The notes under the pieces were generated by a model. It was not told the origin of the DNA and did no database searches. It saw nothing but the letters and a program-made list of their open reading frames with translations. Positions 20,909-29,280 of a stretch of 64,000 nt of DNA are shown here, one piece after another (positions within the stretch are counted from its first letter, which is position 1; each line of letters starts with the position of its first letter). Source of the DNA: an uncultured virus (IMG/VR IMGVR_UViG_3300032316_001438) (taxonomy: Duplodnaviria > Heunggongvirae > Uroviricota > Caudoviricetes); IMG/VR virus record IMGVR_UViG_3300032316_001438; one strand, written 5' to 3'. Both the position numbers and the translations under genes were made by a program.

Positions 20909-21047
20909 CAAAAGTGCCACTGTGGCATTTATGGAAAATAGCTTTCGGAACGTGAGTTATAAAGCAAAAGTGCCACTGTGGCATTTATGGAAAATAGCTT
21001 TTCAGATCGTGAGTTAAAAAAGCAAAAAGTCCACTGTGGACCTTTTG
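20909..21047. repeat. Direct repeats (~56-58 bp, 2.4 copies) with palindromic CCACTGTGG core; candidate parS
   Basis: CAAAAGTGCCACTGTGGCATTTATGGAAAATAGCTTT at 20909 and 20965, partial third copy at 21023; immediately downstream of parB. Confidence 0.8.
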
Positions 21048-21070
21048 AAAGGATGTGACTAGAATGGCTT

Positions 21071-21865
21071 TCAGTTGGCCGTATTCTGAGTGTAGTATTC
21101 CTCTGCTTGTTTCAAAAACTCATCGATACTAACCTTGTTACCCTTTTTTGTTATATTCTTCACAAGAAAAAGAAAAGCATGTGGCTTCGGAGCCTCTTTC
21201 TTCTTGGGGGCAAGTGCTTTGATTTGATCAATGGAAGAGTAAACCTTCCCGGCTGGGGCGCCCTCCAGTAGTTGGAGCTGCTTGTCATCAATATTCACCT
21301 TTTCAGATAAAATAGCCATTCTGAGTGCTTCATCTACCTTTTGAAGAGACTTAAAAATTCTATGGTACCGGTTAATAGTGCGAGCGCCTAGATTATTCGA
21401 CTCCGCCACTGCCTCGGCCGCATTAATACCTCTACCCTGTTTACCCTTGGCCCGATCATACTGCAAGCCAATAAAATACTTTCTCTGGAAATCCGTAAAG
21501 TTTCTTCTCGCCCCCTGATTTGCGATAATCCAATCCTTTACCTCCTCGATGTCTTTGAATGCTACTGGGTTTAGTTTTGGCCTGGGCAGGCCAAGCTCCC
21601 GCGTGATTTCATATCTGTTATGACCATCGACAAGAACCATACTCCCGTCATCTCTTCTCCAAATATCAAGCGGACTTATTACACCCCTTGACTTGATTGA
21701 CTCGACTAAGGCGGATCTTTCGTCAGCGTTCAAGGCGGGAAGTAAATCACGCAGTTCCGGTAAGACAGTAATGTCTGAGGACTGAACCGGCCGAACCTGA
21801 ACGGCTGGCTCAGGGGAAACCTGGGTTATCTCGTTTGTATATGCGGTAGCAAGTTTGTTTTTCAT
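21071..21865 (-). CDS. parB: ParB/Srx-family partition protein
   Basis: LVESIKSRGVISPL, LVDGHNRY, NQGARRN and HTH; downstream of parA. Confidence 0.88.
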   Translation of the reverse strand: MKNKLATAYTNEITQVSPEPAVQVRPVQSSDITVLPELRDLLPALNADERSALVESIKSRGVISPLDIWRRDDGSMVLVDGHNRYEITRELGLPRPKLNPVAFKDIEEVKDWIIANQGARRNFTDFQRKYFIGLQYDRAKGKQGRGINAAEAVAESNNLGARTINRYHRIFKSLQKVDEALRMAILSEKVNIDDKQLQLLEGAPAGKVYSSIDQIKALAPKKKEAPKPHAFLFLVKNITKKGNKVSIDEFLKQAEEYYTQNTAN

Positions 21866-21877
21866 TGTTTGTGCTAG

Positions 21878-22639
21878 TTAACCTAGATAAAAAAGTTCTT
21901 TAACTAAAGAAGAAAGCTCCTCGTAGACTTTTGCATTAGCCCTGTATTCACTGAGGTTCTGTTTAAAAAATTGGGCCTGTTCAAGAGCAGTGCTCTTGGA
22001 AATAGTTGTATTGAGTAATAGCACCGGGTACTTCTGCTCAAGAATCTCCCTGACACCCTGAGAGGTCAATTCATTTTTCACAAACAAGTTTTGGACAATG
22101 CCCTTGATGGTTAGATCAGGTCTTGAATGCCTAACAATATTGTATATCTCTATTACCTTTCCGATATTATCAATACCGAACGAACCACTATCTACAGGTA
22201 TGAGTAGGCCATCACTAGCATAAAGTGCGCAAGAAACAAGGGGGCTTTGCTTGGATGGAGGGCAGTCAATGATAATGTAATCGAACTCATGTTCGATATA
22301 ATTCAGAGCATTCTCAAGCAGCAAGTCCCGGCCAAAATGTGTGAGGATCGAGTAGCTGTAATCCTCCAGCAAATCATTGCTTACACAAACAAATAGATAC
22401 TCATTACCTTTCACTGGCAAGGGAGTAATATCGATATCACCCTTCAATGCGGAAGTGATATTATGCTCACCCTTGTAGTTAGGATAGCCCAACGCACTAC
22501 TGCCGTTGGCCTGAGGATCAAGGTCCACGTACAGCGTCTTGCGCTTGTGTTTTGCGGATAGTATATCAGAAATACCAAGAGCCAAAGAAGTCTTTCCTAC
22601 GCCACCCTTAAAATTCCAGACAACCAGTTTTTGTGCCAT
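21878..22639 (-). CDS. parA: ParA-family partition ATPase
   Basis: NFKGGVGKTS, VDLDPQAN, IIIDCPP; ATG start MAQK. Confidence 0.95.
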   Translation of the reverse strand: MAQKLVVWNFKGGVGKTSLALGISDILSAKHKRKTLYVDLDPQANGSSALGYPNYKGEHNITSALKGDIDITPLPVKGNEYLFVCVSNDLLEDYSYSILTHFGRDLLLENALNYIEHEFDYIIIDCPPSKQSPLVSCALYASDGLLIPVDSGSFGIDNIGKVIEIYNIVRHSRPDLTIKGIVQNLFVKNELTSQGVREILEQKYPVLLLNTTISKSTALEQAQFFKQNLSEYRANAKVYEELSSLVKELFYLG

Positions 22640-22664
22640 TAAAAGCAAAAGTTAGTTTAAAAAA

Positions 22665-24476
22665 TTAGATCCCCATTCCTGACCTATTATCATGTTCAAA
22701 ATTAGTGGTATTACTTAGACTCTGCGACTCACCCCGATCGCCCCTAGAGTCATTAGCTGCTTTAAGCACAATTTTTATAGCTGCCGACATCTTCTTATCC
22801 CTAATCCAACTAGCATCAGGGAGCGTATCCATCACCCTGGTATGATAGTAGATCACATCCATAGACTCTGAGCTGCCAAGCGCCCTTCTTAACAGGAAGT
22901 GATCCTTTTTCTCAATAGCGGCGTCAAATAGATCGCGTATCTGTTTTCTAACTAGCTCTTTCCTTGTCAAAAGATAGCTGTTTCTAGACTCCAGGTTATT
23001 CAATGTCAACGCTCTTGAAGTGACAAGGTCCAAAATCTGTCCTGACAAACTATCATCAGAAAGTATAGACCGGGTATCAACACATGTATTGGGCTTTGAA
23101 TCGACCTTAAGTAGCCTGGACATCTCGGGGACATCTCCATTACCCATAGCTTCGAAGAACCGGATAGTATTAGGGTTTACAAACTGGTATTCCGCCAGGT
23201 GCCTTTGCCTGTAATACTCAGAAATATTAGTGGGGCTTGCTGGCTGGTCCTTATCGATCTCTTTACGCGCCCTGGATACTTCTGCGACAGTGACCGGATC
23301 TAGAAAGCGTAGGTCGTCCTTAGCAATACGGTCTGTAGATGCACCTTCCAATATAGCCTCTATCGCACCCTGAGTATTTTTGGACTCAAGACAGACCATC
23401 ATTTTCCGGTGAGCCGACGGCTCAGCGAAAGGAGTCGGCATATTTCTATGCCTGAAGTTATGCCTTGAAAAGTTATTGGAACGAACTGGTAGATTTTCTA
23501 GTGTAGCTCCACTCACAAGCCCATTAATGGAATCATATTGGAACAAAGGCCCTAGCTTACTAGCCCTCACTGACCAGGCCCTAAAATCGGCTGGTGGATT
23601 AATGCCTGAAGGGTGGATACAGGGTATACCATTAGGCCATCTACCCGAATGAAGTTCAACCCCAGCCAAAGCCCTATAACTGAAGCCCTGAACCCTTGGA
23701 AGGGTAGGGTAGGAAGCTAAAGGAAACTCCGACTCAACCCTGAACCCTTTCTCCTCGTCTGAGCCTATAAGCCTATAGGATACACCTACCTTAGAAATAC
23801 CTGACAGGGTTCTGAATGGTTTGAAATAGACATCCACTCCGCGTCTACGCATTCTCTTTATAAAAACAGGAAGGGTGGGAGTCCCATCTACCGATGACAT
23901 GAATGCTTCGCGGATGTATTGGTTAGGGTGCATCTCCCTTGAGGTTTCCTTCTGCTTAGCTTCCAAATAGCCCTCTAGCCTCACACCATCAACCACCCTC
24001 TGATCCTCAGCCCTAACAAGGCCGAACTCCTGCTCGAATCTTCTGGCCAGTTCTCTTTGACGCAAGCCATCAAAGCTATCTGAGGCCACAAGTCCATTCT
24101 TCTTAACCCTTGTCGCAACGATATGCAGGTGGGGGTGCTCCCGATCGTAGTGGCGATAGACGACATAAGGTGTATCCGACAAGCCTAATTGCTTCAATGT
24201 CTTGAGCGCAATACTGGACATGGTGAGGTCGGAAGGGTTATCTTCAGCATGAAAAGCGATCTTAAGGTGTATGAATTTATTCTTAGCCCTACTGTTGATT
24301 TTAGCCCTGGCGTTCAACTCCGTCTGAATGGAGCTAAAGCTCTCGCCTCCGGTTCGTATATTGGTTAATAGTCTCTTTGCGGCAATACTACCGTCCTCAA
24401 GGGTCTGGTCAAGCTTTGACTCATTGTAGGTCACGCTTGCCTTCGAGCTATTAGACTTGGTGTTAAGTATCCGCAT
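22665..24476 (-). CDS. Relaxase (MOBP-like HUH)
   Basis: N-terminal Tyr (VTYNESK), HLKIAFHAED and YVVYRHYDREHPHLHIVATRV 3H motif. Confidence 0.92.
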   Translation of the reverse strand: MRILNTKSNSSKASVTYNESKLDQTLEDGSIAAKRLLTNIRTGGESFSSIQTELNARAKINSRAKNKFIHLKIAFHAEDNPSDLTMSSIALKTLKQLGLSDTPYVVYRHYDREHPHLHIVATRVKKNGLVASDSFDGLRQRELARRFEQEFGLVRAEDQRVVDGVRLEGYLEAKQKETSREMHPNQYIREAFMSSVDGTPTLPVFIKRMRRRGVDVYFKPFRTLSGISKVGVSYRLIGSDEEKGFRVESEFPLASYPTLPRVQGFSYRALAGVELHSGRWPNGIPCIHPSGINPPADFRAWSVRASKLGPLFQYDSINGLVSGATLENLPVRSNNFSRHNFRHRNMPTPFAEPSAHRKMMVCLESKNTQGAIEAILEGASTDRIAKDDLRFLDPVTVAEVSRARKEIDKDQPASPTNISEYYRQRHLAEYQFVNPNTIRFFEAMGNGDVPEMSRLLKVDSKPNTCVDTRSILSDDSLSGQILDLVTSRALTLNNLESRNSYLLTRKELVRKQIRDLFDAAIEKKDHFLLRRALGSSESMDVIYYHTRVMDTLPDASWIRDKKMSAAIKIVLKAANDSRGDRGESQSLSNTTNFEHDNRSGMGI

Positions 24477-24494
24477 TGGTTAACCCTTCAAAAA

Positions 24495-24953
24495 TTAATC
24501 AATATCCTTGATACCCTCAAGCATACCCTCAATTAGTACCCCAAGGGTACTGAGCGTACCCTCTTCATTAGTGTCAATAGCCTCCTTTGCAATAGCCAGA
24601 GTACCCTTCAATTCCCGAAGCTTCAACCTATCGACATGATCATCCTTCCTTGCCACGATGTTGCGCCCGAACAAAGCATACTTGAAAAGATCCTGAGACG
24701 AAAGGCCAGTTTGTTCGACAAGCGCGGACATAAGCAATGACTCTTCATTTTTTAGAACAAGCCTAACAACTGGATTGCGCGGTGATTCCGAAACAAGCCC
24801 CTGCTTGACTTTATTCTTGATCAAATTAGCCACCCTATCCCTTATCAGACGAGTCTTAACAAGATCAGCAAAGCTATGCCCAGTTTCATTTAAAACCTGG
24901 TTCAAAGCCTCCTCTTCAATAGGGGATAATATCAGCTTTAGTTGCTTAATCAT
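24495..24953 (-). CDS. Relaxosome accessory protein (RHH-like)
   Basis: Directly upstream of the relaxase; two strand-helix-helix-like units (LKLILSPIEEEAL; VRLVLKNEESLL). Confidence 0.6.
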   Translation of the reverse strand: MIKQLKLILSPIEEEALNQVLNETGHSFADLVKTRLIRDRVANLIKNKVKQGLVSESPRNPVVRLVLKNEESLLMSALVEQTGLSSQDLFKYALFGRNIVARKDDHVDRLKLRELKGTLAIAKEAIDTNEEGTLSTLGVLIEGMLEGIKDID

Positions 24954-25330
24954 TTCTTCATTTTATGTCATTTACCCACAACTGGCCGCTAAGTAAAAAA
25001 ATAAAAAAGAAATAACAAACCATACCGCCAAAAAAAACAACACCAACCACAAAAACCGAAAAAAAACAATCACTCAAAAACACACCAAAAACCCGCAACA
25101 AAACCATCAAAAAGGCGAATATCACCTTATCGAAAGAGCGAATGGCTGACAAAACCAATCCAACTTTATTACAACCTACCATATACAGAACTTATGACGG
25201 CTAAAAATACACGTCTTCTTTATCTGGATAATTTGACGCAAAAAGGAGCGAGCATACCTTACAAGCGAAACCAAGAACCAGTACTAAAAGAAGGATATCC
25301 ATAACTATTGGGTTTAATAGGTTAGTAAAA
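24954..25330. other. Probable oriT region
   Basis: Intergenic region upstream of accessory protein and relaxase, bordering a long block of genes transcribed toward it; nic site not identified. Confidence 0.55.
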
Positions 25331-25960
25331 TCAAGCGGCAACTAGATCAGGGAACATTCTTCTGGCCTTTTTCTGTAGATATGAAAACTGACCCTTAGCA
25401 TCAACCTTGGAGACATTGAGCATCTCTGAAACATCTTCAGAATTGAACCCTTGAAAGAATAGGGTATGGAAGGATGAAGCTTTAGAGACTGCAGGGGTGT
25501 AGTTTCCCTTTGCAATCCTAACCACGTCACGGTGACTAACGTGAAGCTTCTTACCTACTGCCGAAAGAGACTTACCCTTACCTATCTCCCTGGCAACAAG
25601 GGTAGCCTTCGACTTTGGTGCCGTGATTGCCTTGGACACTATTTCTAGATCTAGGGCTAGGTCAGAGTTGTAGCTCTTGCCTGAGATGCGCTCATCAAGC
25701 TCACAGGACAAAAAAGCCTTGGACTTGCGAAGGAAGTTAGAGAAACAGTTTCTAACCGAAGTGAAGATGAAAGAATTGACGGTAAGGCCAGACTTGTTCT
25801 TATTCCAATCGGATAGTACATTAACTAGGAAGTCTTGAACTACATCCTCTTGGGTGGTGAGGTCAATGCGGCCATAGGTCTTGGCAATAGCTCTGGCATA
25901 TTGTTTCGCCTTTAAGGTTGCCTGGTTAATCAGCTTCAAATCTTCACCGGAGTAGTTCAT
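25331..25960 (-). CDS. Divergent ECF/sigma-70-like factor
   Basis: Region 2-like QEDVVQDFL and SFIFTSVRNCFSNFLRK; region 4-like QGFNSEDVSEMLNVSKVDAKGQFSYLQKKAR; start MNYSG. Confidence 0.75.
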   Translation of the reverse strand: MNYSGEDLKLINQATLKAKQYARAIAKTYGRIDLTTQEDVVQDFLVNVLSDWNKNKSGLTVNSFIFTSVRNCFSNFLRKSKAFLSCELDERISGKSYNSDLALDLEIVSKAITAPKSKATLVAREIGKGKSLSAVGKKLHVSHRDVVRIAKGNYTPAVSKASSFHTLFFQGFNSEDVSEMLNVSKVDAKGQFSYLQKKARRMFPDLVAA

Positions 25961-26096
25961 AAAACAAAAGGTTAGAGACAACAGCAATAGTGAGAACCAG
26001 ATCAAAAACTCAAACCCGACCGCCCCTTTCGTTCATCGGGATAAGAGAAAAAAAGCCCCGCAAAAAATGGGGAACGGGGCCAGGAGGGTAAAAAAA

Positions 26097-26255
26097 TTAG
26101 GCGGCTTTAGGGAGAGTGGTAAGCAAATCCATCTTTGACTTTATATCCTGAAGAATTAACGACATCTCCGAGATACTTTTGTGGCAAGAAGCCTGGCGCA
26201 TCTTTATCCTCTCGATGGTGGCCTTTGCCTGCAGGTAGGGGTCTACATTTTCCAT
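26097..26255 (-). CDS. Small hypothetical protein (52 aa)
   Basis: MENVDPYLQAK...LPKAA by manual translation; motif copy ~50 nt upstream. Confidence 0.6.
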   Translation of the reverse strand: MENVDPYLQAKATIERIKMRQASCHKSISEMSLILQDIKSKMDLLTTLPKAA

Positions 26256-26333
26256 AGGTTAGTAACTTTGATAATTAGAGTCTAATCAGAAAGGAAACTC
26301 AACAACCGACCGCCCCTCCACTAGACACATAAT

Positions 26334-26421
26334 TGTGGATAAATCCAAAATAGCTGTTGATAAATTGTGGATGTTTCCCGTGAAACATTTTGTAAAACCT
26401 GCCACTGTTCCACAGGAAAGC
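26334..26421. promoter_or_regulatory. DnaA-box and chromosomal-type parS cluster
   Basis: TGTGGATAA 26334, TGTTGATAA 26355, TGTGGATGT 26366; TGTTTCCCGTGAAACA 26372-26387; TGTTCCACAGGAAAGC 26406-26421. Confidence 0.65.
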
Positions 26422-27324
26422 CTAATTCATAGCCCAAACACCGCGCGACACATTTACAAAATGTTTCTGGAGTATTTGCCTGATCTTGGCCTGGACGTGG
26501 TTGTTAGACCCAGTTCTGGCTCCTGCTATTTTCAACACTTCTTCGTAGATCATGGGTAGGTTAGATTGACCACCCAGATTTATGAGTGCCATTCGTATAT
26601 AGTTTCGCCATGTCATCTGGATATCAGACTGCAGGCCGGAAGCCTTGTCCCAGCAAATTTGAGCGAGCATGCGAGAGCTACGTTTCCAGAGTAAAAGGTA
26701 TTCGTGCATGATGGGTACGAAGCGATTAGACTGATAGGTTTTGAATCCGCTTCGGGTGTTGTGTTGGGCTTTGATTACCACTGAAATGAGTTCGGACTTG
26801 GGCATCATTTTTATGAAGTCGGCCTGAAAGGAGTGAAACAGACCGTTCTTTCTCATGTCTCCTATCAGCGTACAATAGTGACCGCCAGGCATGGTGGCTT
26901 CACGCTGGTTCAAAATCATCAGTTGACTCATTTCGATGAACTGGTCTACGGACTTGCACTGGGACAGGTCGTTGATCTGATCTGGGGCTAGGGGAGAGAC
27001 CTTCCCGTGTTTTGCTCTCTCCTTATGGTAGTCAATCATGTCGTGATAGGGAGGGTGGGTGAAGCAGGTGTCTGCCGGCCTTTCGAGCTTGCTGGCTATT
27101 GCGTGCCTGGTGAAGTCGAAGCCTGAGTGAAGGTCTAAGCCTACATAGTCTACTTTCATCTCCTGACAAACATCAGCACTCGTTCCGCTCCCATGACAAG
27201 CGTCCACGAAGAGCTTAGGTTTTAGGTGGGTGATAAGGTCGCGGATGATGTAGCCGGAGGTATTGCCTCTGTAGTTTGAGGAGCCGTACTTTCCGCGATC
27301 AGGGTAGGAGACTATGGAGTTCAT
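26422..27324 (-). CDS. Orphan amino (m6A/m4C) DNA methyltransferase with C-terminal winged-helix-like domain
   Basis: FVDACHGSGT SAM motif, THPPY catalytic motif; C-terminal NNHVQAKIRQILQ...RGVW. Confidence 0.85.
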   Translation of the reverse strand: MNSIVSYPDRGKYGSSNYRGNTSGYIIRDLITHLKPKLFVDACHGSGTSADVCQEMKVDYVGLDLHSGFDFTRHAIASKLERPADTCFTHPPYHDMIDYHKERAKHGKVSPLAPDQINDLSQCKSVDQFIEMSQLMILNQREATMPGGHYCTLIGDMRKNGLFHSFQADFIKMMPKSELISVVIKAQHNTRSGFKTYQSNRFVPIMHEYLLLWKRSSRMLAQICWDKASGLQSDIQMTWRNYIRMALINLGGQSNLPMIYEEVLKIAGARTGSNNHVQAKIRQILQKHFVNVSRGVWAMN

Positions 27325-27326
27325 GG

Positions 27327-27512
27327 TCAGGCGTATTGAAGTTCGGTTTCTAATGAGATTTTTTTTCGGTTAAGACTTTCGATCTTACGGTTGACCAACT
27401 TTACAGCTTCTTGGTAGCCATTGCTTTTAGAATGGCAGGCGGATTCTATCATCTCCAACTGCAGTTCCAGTAGTACCAGGCATTTGTCTTTATCGGAAAT
27501 ATGGTCGGTCAT
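27327..27512 (-). CDS. Small coiled-coil hypothetical protein
   Basis: 61 aa, 2 nt from the MTase start. Confidence 0.65.
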   Translation of the reverse strand: MTDHISDKDKCLVLLELQLEMIESACHSKSNGYQEAVKLVNRKIESLNRKKISLETELQYA

Positions 27513-27542
27513 TGGGATACTAGTTGAAAATGGGTTTTAAAA

Positions 27543-27629
27543 TTGTAAACAGGGGAGGACTTTAACCTCAGTCTTTCGCTTTCCATTTGGGGCAAGCGAA
27601 CGCATTTGTCTTTTATGCTAACCCTGTTT
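27543..27629 (-). ncRNA. tRNA-like cloverleaf RNA (8/4 fold, elongated anticodon arm)
   Basis: AAACAGGG/CCCTGTTT acceptor, GCAT/ATGC D arm, TTCGCTT/AAGCGAA arm, GAGG-TTAAAGT-CCTC T arm, 3' ACAA. Confidence 0.55.
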
Positions 27630-27700
27630 GTTCCCTTCTGCTCTTGGTGATAGGCCGGACTCTCACCGGCCAAGCCTTCGGGAAATGTCTTGTCACGATC

Positions 27701-27877
27701 TTATCTGGCGATCTCTTTTACATGTCCGCCATCGATCTTCAAGGCAATTTTAAGTCTGTTAAGTCTAGCCTCCGCCTTGTCTACAGCCTCGTAAATAGAT
27801 GCGGCTTTCTTTATTGTGAATCTTCTTGAGCAGGCGTTGAGATTTTGGGAGGTGAAGTTGACTTGAACTTGGTACAT
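27701..27877 (-). CDS. Small hypothetical protein
   Basis: Start MYQVQV; motif copy upstream. Confidence 0.65.
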   Translation of the reverse strand: MYQVQVNFTSQNLNACSRRFTIKKAASIYEAVDKAEARLNRLKIALKIDGGHVKEIAR

Positions 27878-27997
27878 AGTTTCAATTGTTTGGTTGATTA
27901 CAACAGCGCGGAACAAGTATTGGCACCCACACCGACCGTCCCCGGCCCTGGCCTGGTGCTAGACCTTTTCAAGATGCGCGTAAAATGAAGGAGCCTG

Positions 27998-28192
27998 TCA
28001 ATTAAATGTCAAAGCCTCTTCTGGCACCATTGCGATAATCTCTGCTTTTTCTTCTTTGGTAGCCTTTCTGGTGGAAGTTCCAAAGGAGTAAAGGCCGTGC
28101 TGAAGGTTGTTGAGTGAGTTGATCAATGATTGTGCATCATCTTCATGACAGGCTATTGAGACGGACACAATTTTGAATTTTGTGTTTTTCAT
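27998..28192 (-). CDS. Small hypothetical protein
   Basis: 64-aa co-oriented ORF. Confidence 0.65.
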   Translation of the reverse strand: MKNTKFKIVSVSIACHEDDAQSLINSLNNLQHGLYSFGTSTRKATKEEKAEIIAMVPEEALTFN

Positions 28193-28218
28193 AAGATATG
28201 GGTGATTCTAAAGGATTT

Positions 28219-28251
28219 AAAAAAAAACCGGCTAGGAACCACCCTAGCCGG
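28219..28251 (-). terminator. Intrinsic terminator after ssb
   Basis: CCGGCTAGG-AACCAC-CCTAGCCGG with U tract on minus strand. Confidence 0.8.
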
Positions 28252-28271
28252 AAAACCTAAACAACGTATCT

Positions 28272-28643
28272 TTAAGCGAATGCTTCTTCTCTCTGCTCGG
28301 CTGCTACCGCTGGCTTGCTTCCACCAATCATGTTCAATTCATCGACCACGATTTCGGTGGTATATCTGGTGATTCCGTCTTTCTCCCAAGAGCGGGTTTT
28401 GAGTTTTCCACTCACGAATAGTTGATCTCCTTTCTTCACGTACTTCTCTGCCACGTCAGCTAATTTCCCGAAAATGCTGCACGAATGCCATTCTGTGATT
28501 TCCTGAACCACACCGGCTTTGTCCTTGTACTTTTCGGACGTTGCCAAAGAAAAGCTGGCTACCTTGTTTCCGTTGTCGAATGTGCGTACTGCAACATCCT
28601 TTCCTACACGACCCATTAAAATGACTTTGTTTACTCCTGCCAT
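28272..28643 (-). CDS. ssb: Single-stranded DNA-binding protein (short tail)
   Basis: VNKVILMGRVGKD, TEWH, KKGDQLFVSGKLKTRSWEKDG. Confidence 0.97.
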   Translation of the reverse strand: MAGVNKVILMGRVGKDVAVRTFDNGNKVASFSLATSEKYKDKAGVVQEITEWHSCSIFGKLADVAEKYVKKGDQLFVSGKLKTRSWEKDGITRYTTEIVVDELNMIGGSKPAVAAEQREEAFA

Positions 28644-28747
28644 AGTTTTGTTGTTTAAGTGAAAAATAGATTAAGAAATAAATACGAATGGATAGCTGAG
28701 TATGAGAGGAGAAGCCAAACACCGACCGTCCCCAAAATTTTCAGAAA

Positions 28748-28777
28748 AAAGCCACTGTATTTTAACACAGTGGCTTT
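28748..28777. repeat. Inverted repeat with GCCACTGT half-sites
   Basis: AAAGCCACTGT-8nt-ACAGTGGCTTT; terminator-like on minus strand and shares the candidate parS half-site. Confidence 0.6.
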
Positions 28778-28797
28778 GAGAGTAGATACATGAAGAA

Positions 28798-29073
28798 TTA
28801 TACTAAAACGATCTTGCTCCAGGCCTTGGCGGTGGGCTTGTAGAGAACTCCATCGAGTCCCAGAATCAGGTAGCCATCCTCCACCCAATAAGCAGGGTAT
28901 GATTCTCCTTTTTTGAACTTGTCATTGACCGACCATCCGGCTGGCATGGTGTCGCCTTTGAACTTGGCGGTACCGAAAGCCAATAGCTTGTCGAGCGGAA
29001 GTTTGGGTATGGACTTAGGCAGGCAAAGCGCTTTGCGGATTAGGCTAGGATCGGTGATGGTGTATTTTTCCAT
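28798..29073 (-). CDS. Hypothetical protein
   Basis: 91-aa co-oriented ORF. Confidence 0.7.
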   Translation of the reverse strand: MEKYTITDPSLIRKALCLPKSIPKLPLDKLLAFGTAKFKGDTMPAGWSVNDKFKKGESYPAYWVEDGYLILGLDGVLYKPTAKAWSKIVLV

Positions 29074-29093
29074 GTGCGTGATATCTATAATTA

Positions 29094-29267
29094 TTAGGCT
29101 TCCTCTTCACCGGTGCTGATTTCTGTAATCAGTGTTTGATCTTCCCACTCCGCTGATTCCAGCTCCTGCTCTGAGGATGATTTTATTGAGATGATCAATT
29201 TTTCAAGAGCCTCCACAATTTCGTCTTTGGATCCTGAGCCTGTAATTTTAATGGCGTAGTTATTCAT
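29094..29267 (-). CDS. Small acidic hypothetical protein
   Basis: Start MNNYAI, 57 aa. Confidence 0.6.
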   Translation of the reverse strand: MNNYAIKITGSGSKDEIVEALEKLIISIKSSSEQELESAEWEDQTLITEISTGEEEA

Positions 29268-29280
29268 GGGATGGGTTTGT

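Noticed and set aside
20909..21047. CRISPR array
   Set aside because: Inter-repeat segments are near-identical, so these are tandem repeats rather than unique spacers
24958..25182. 74-aa hydrophobic ORF
   Set aside because: Artefact of the low-complexity G/T-rich strand in the oriT region
27543..27629. Canonical tRNA gene
   Set aside because: No TTC in the T loop, no D-loop GG, 26-nt anticodon arm; reported only as tRNA-like
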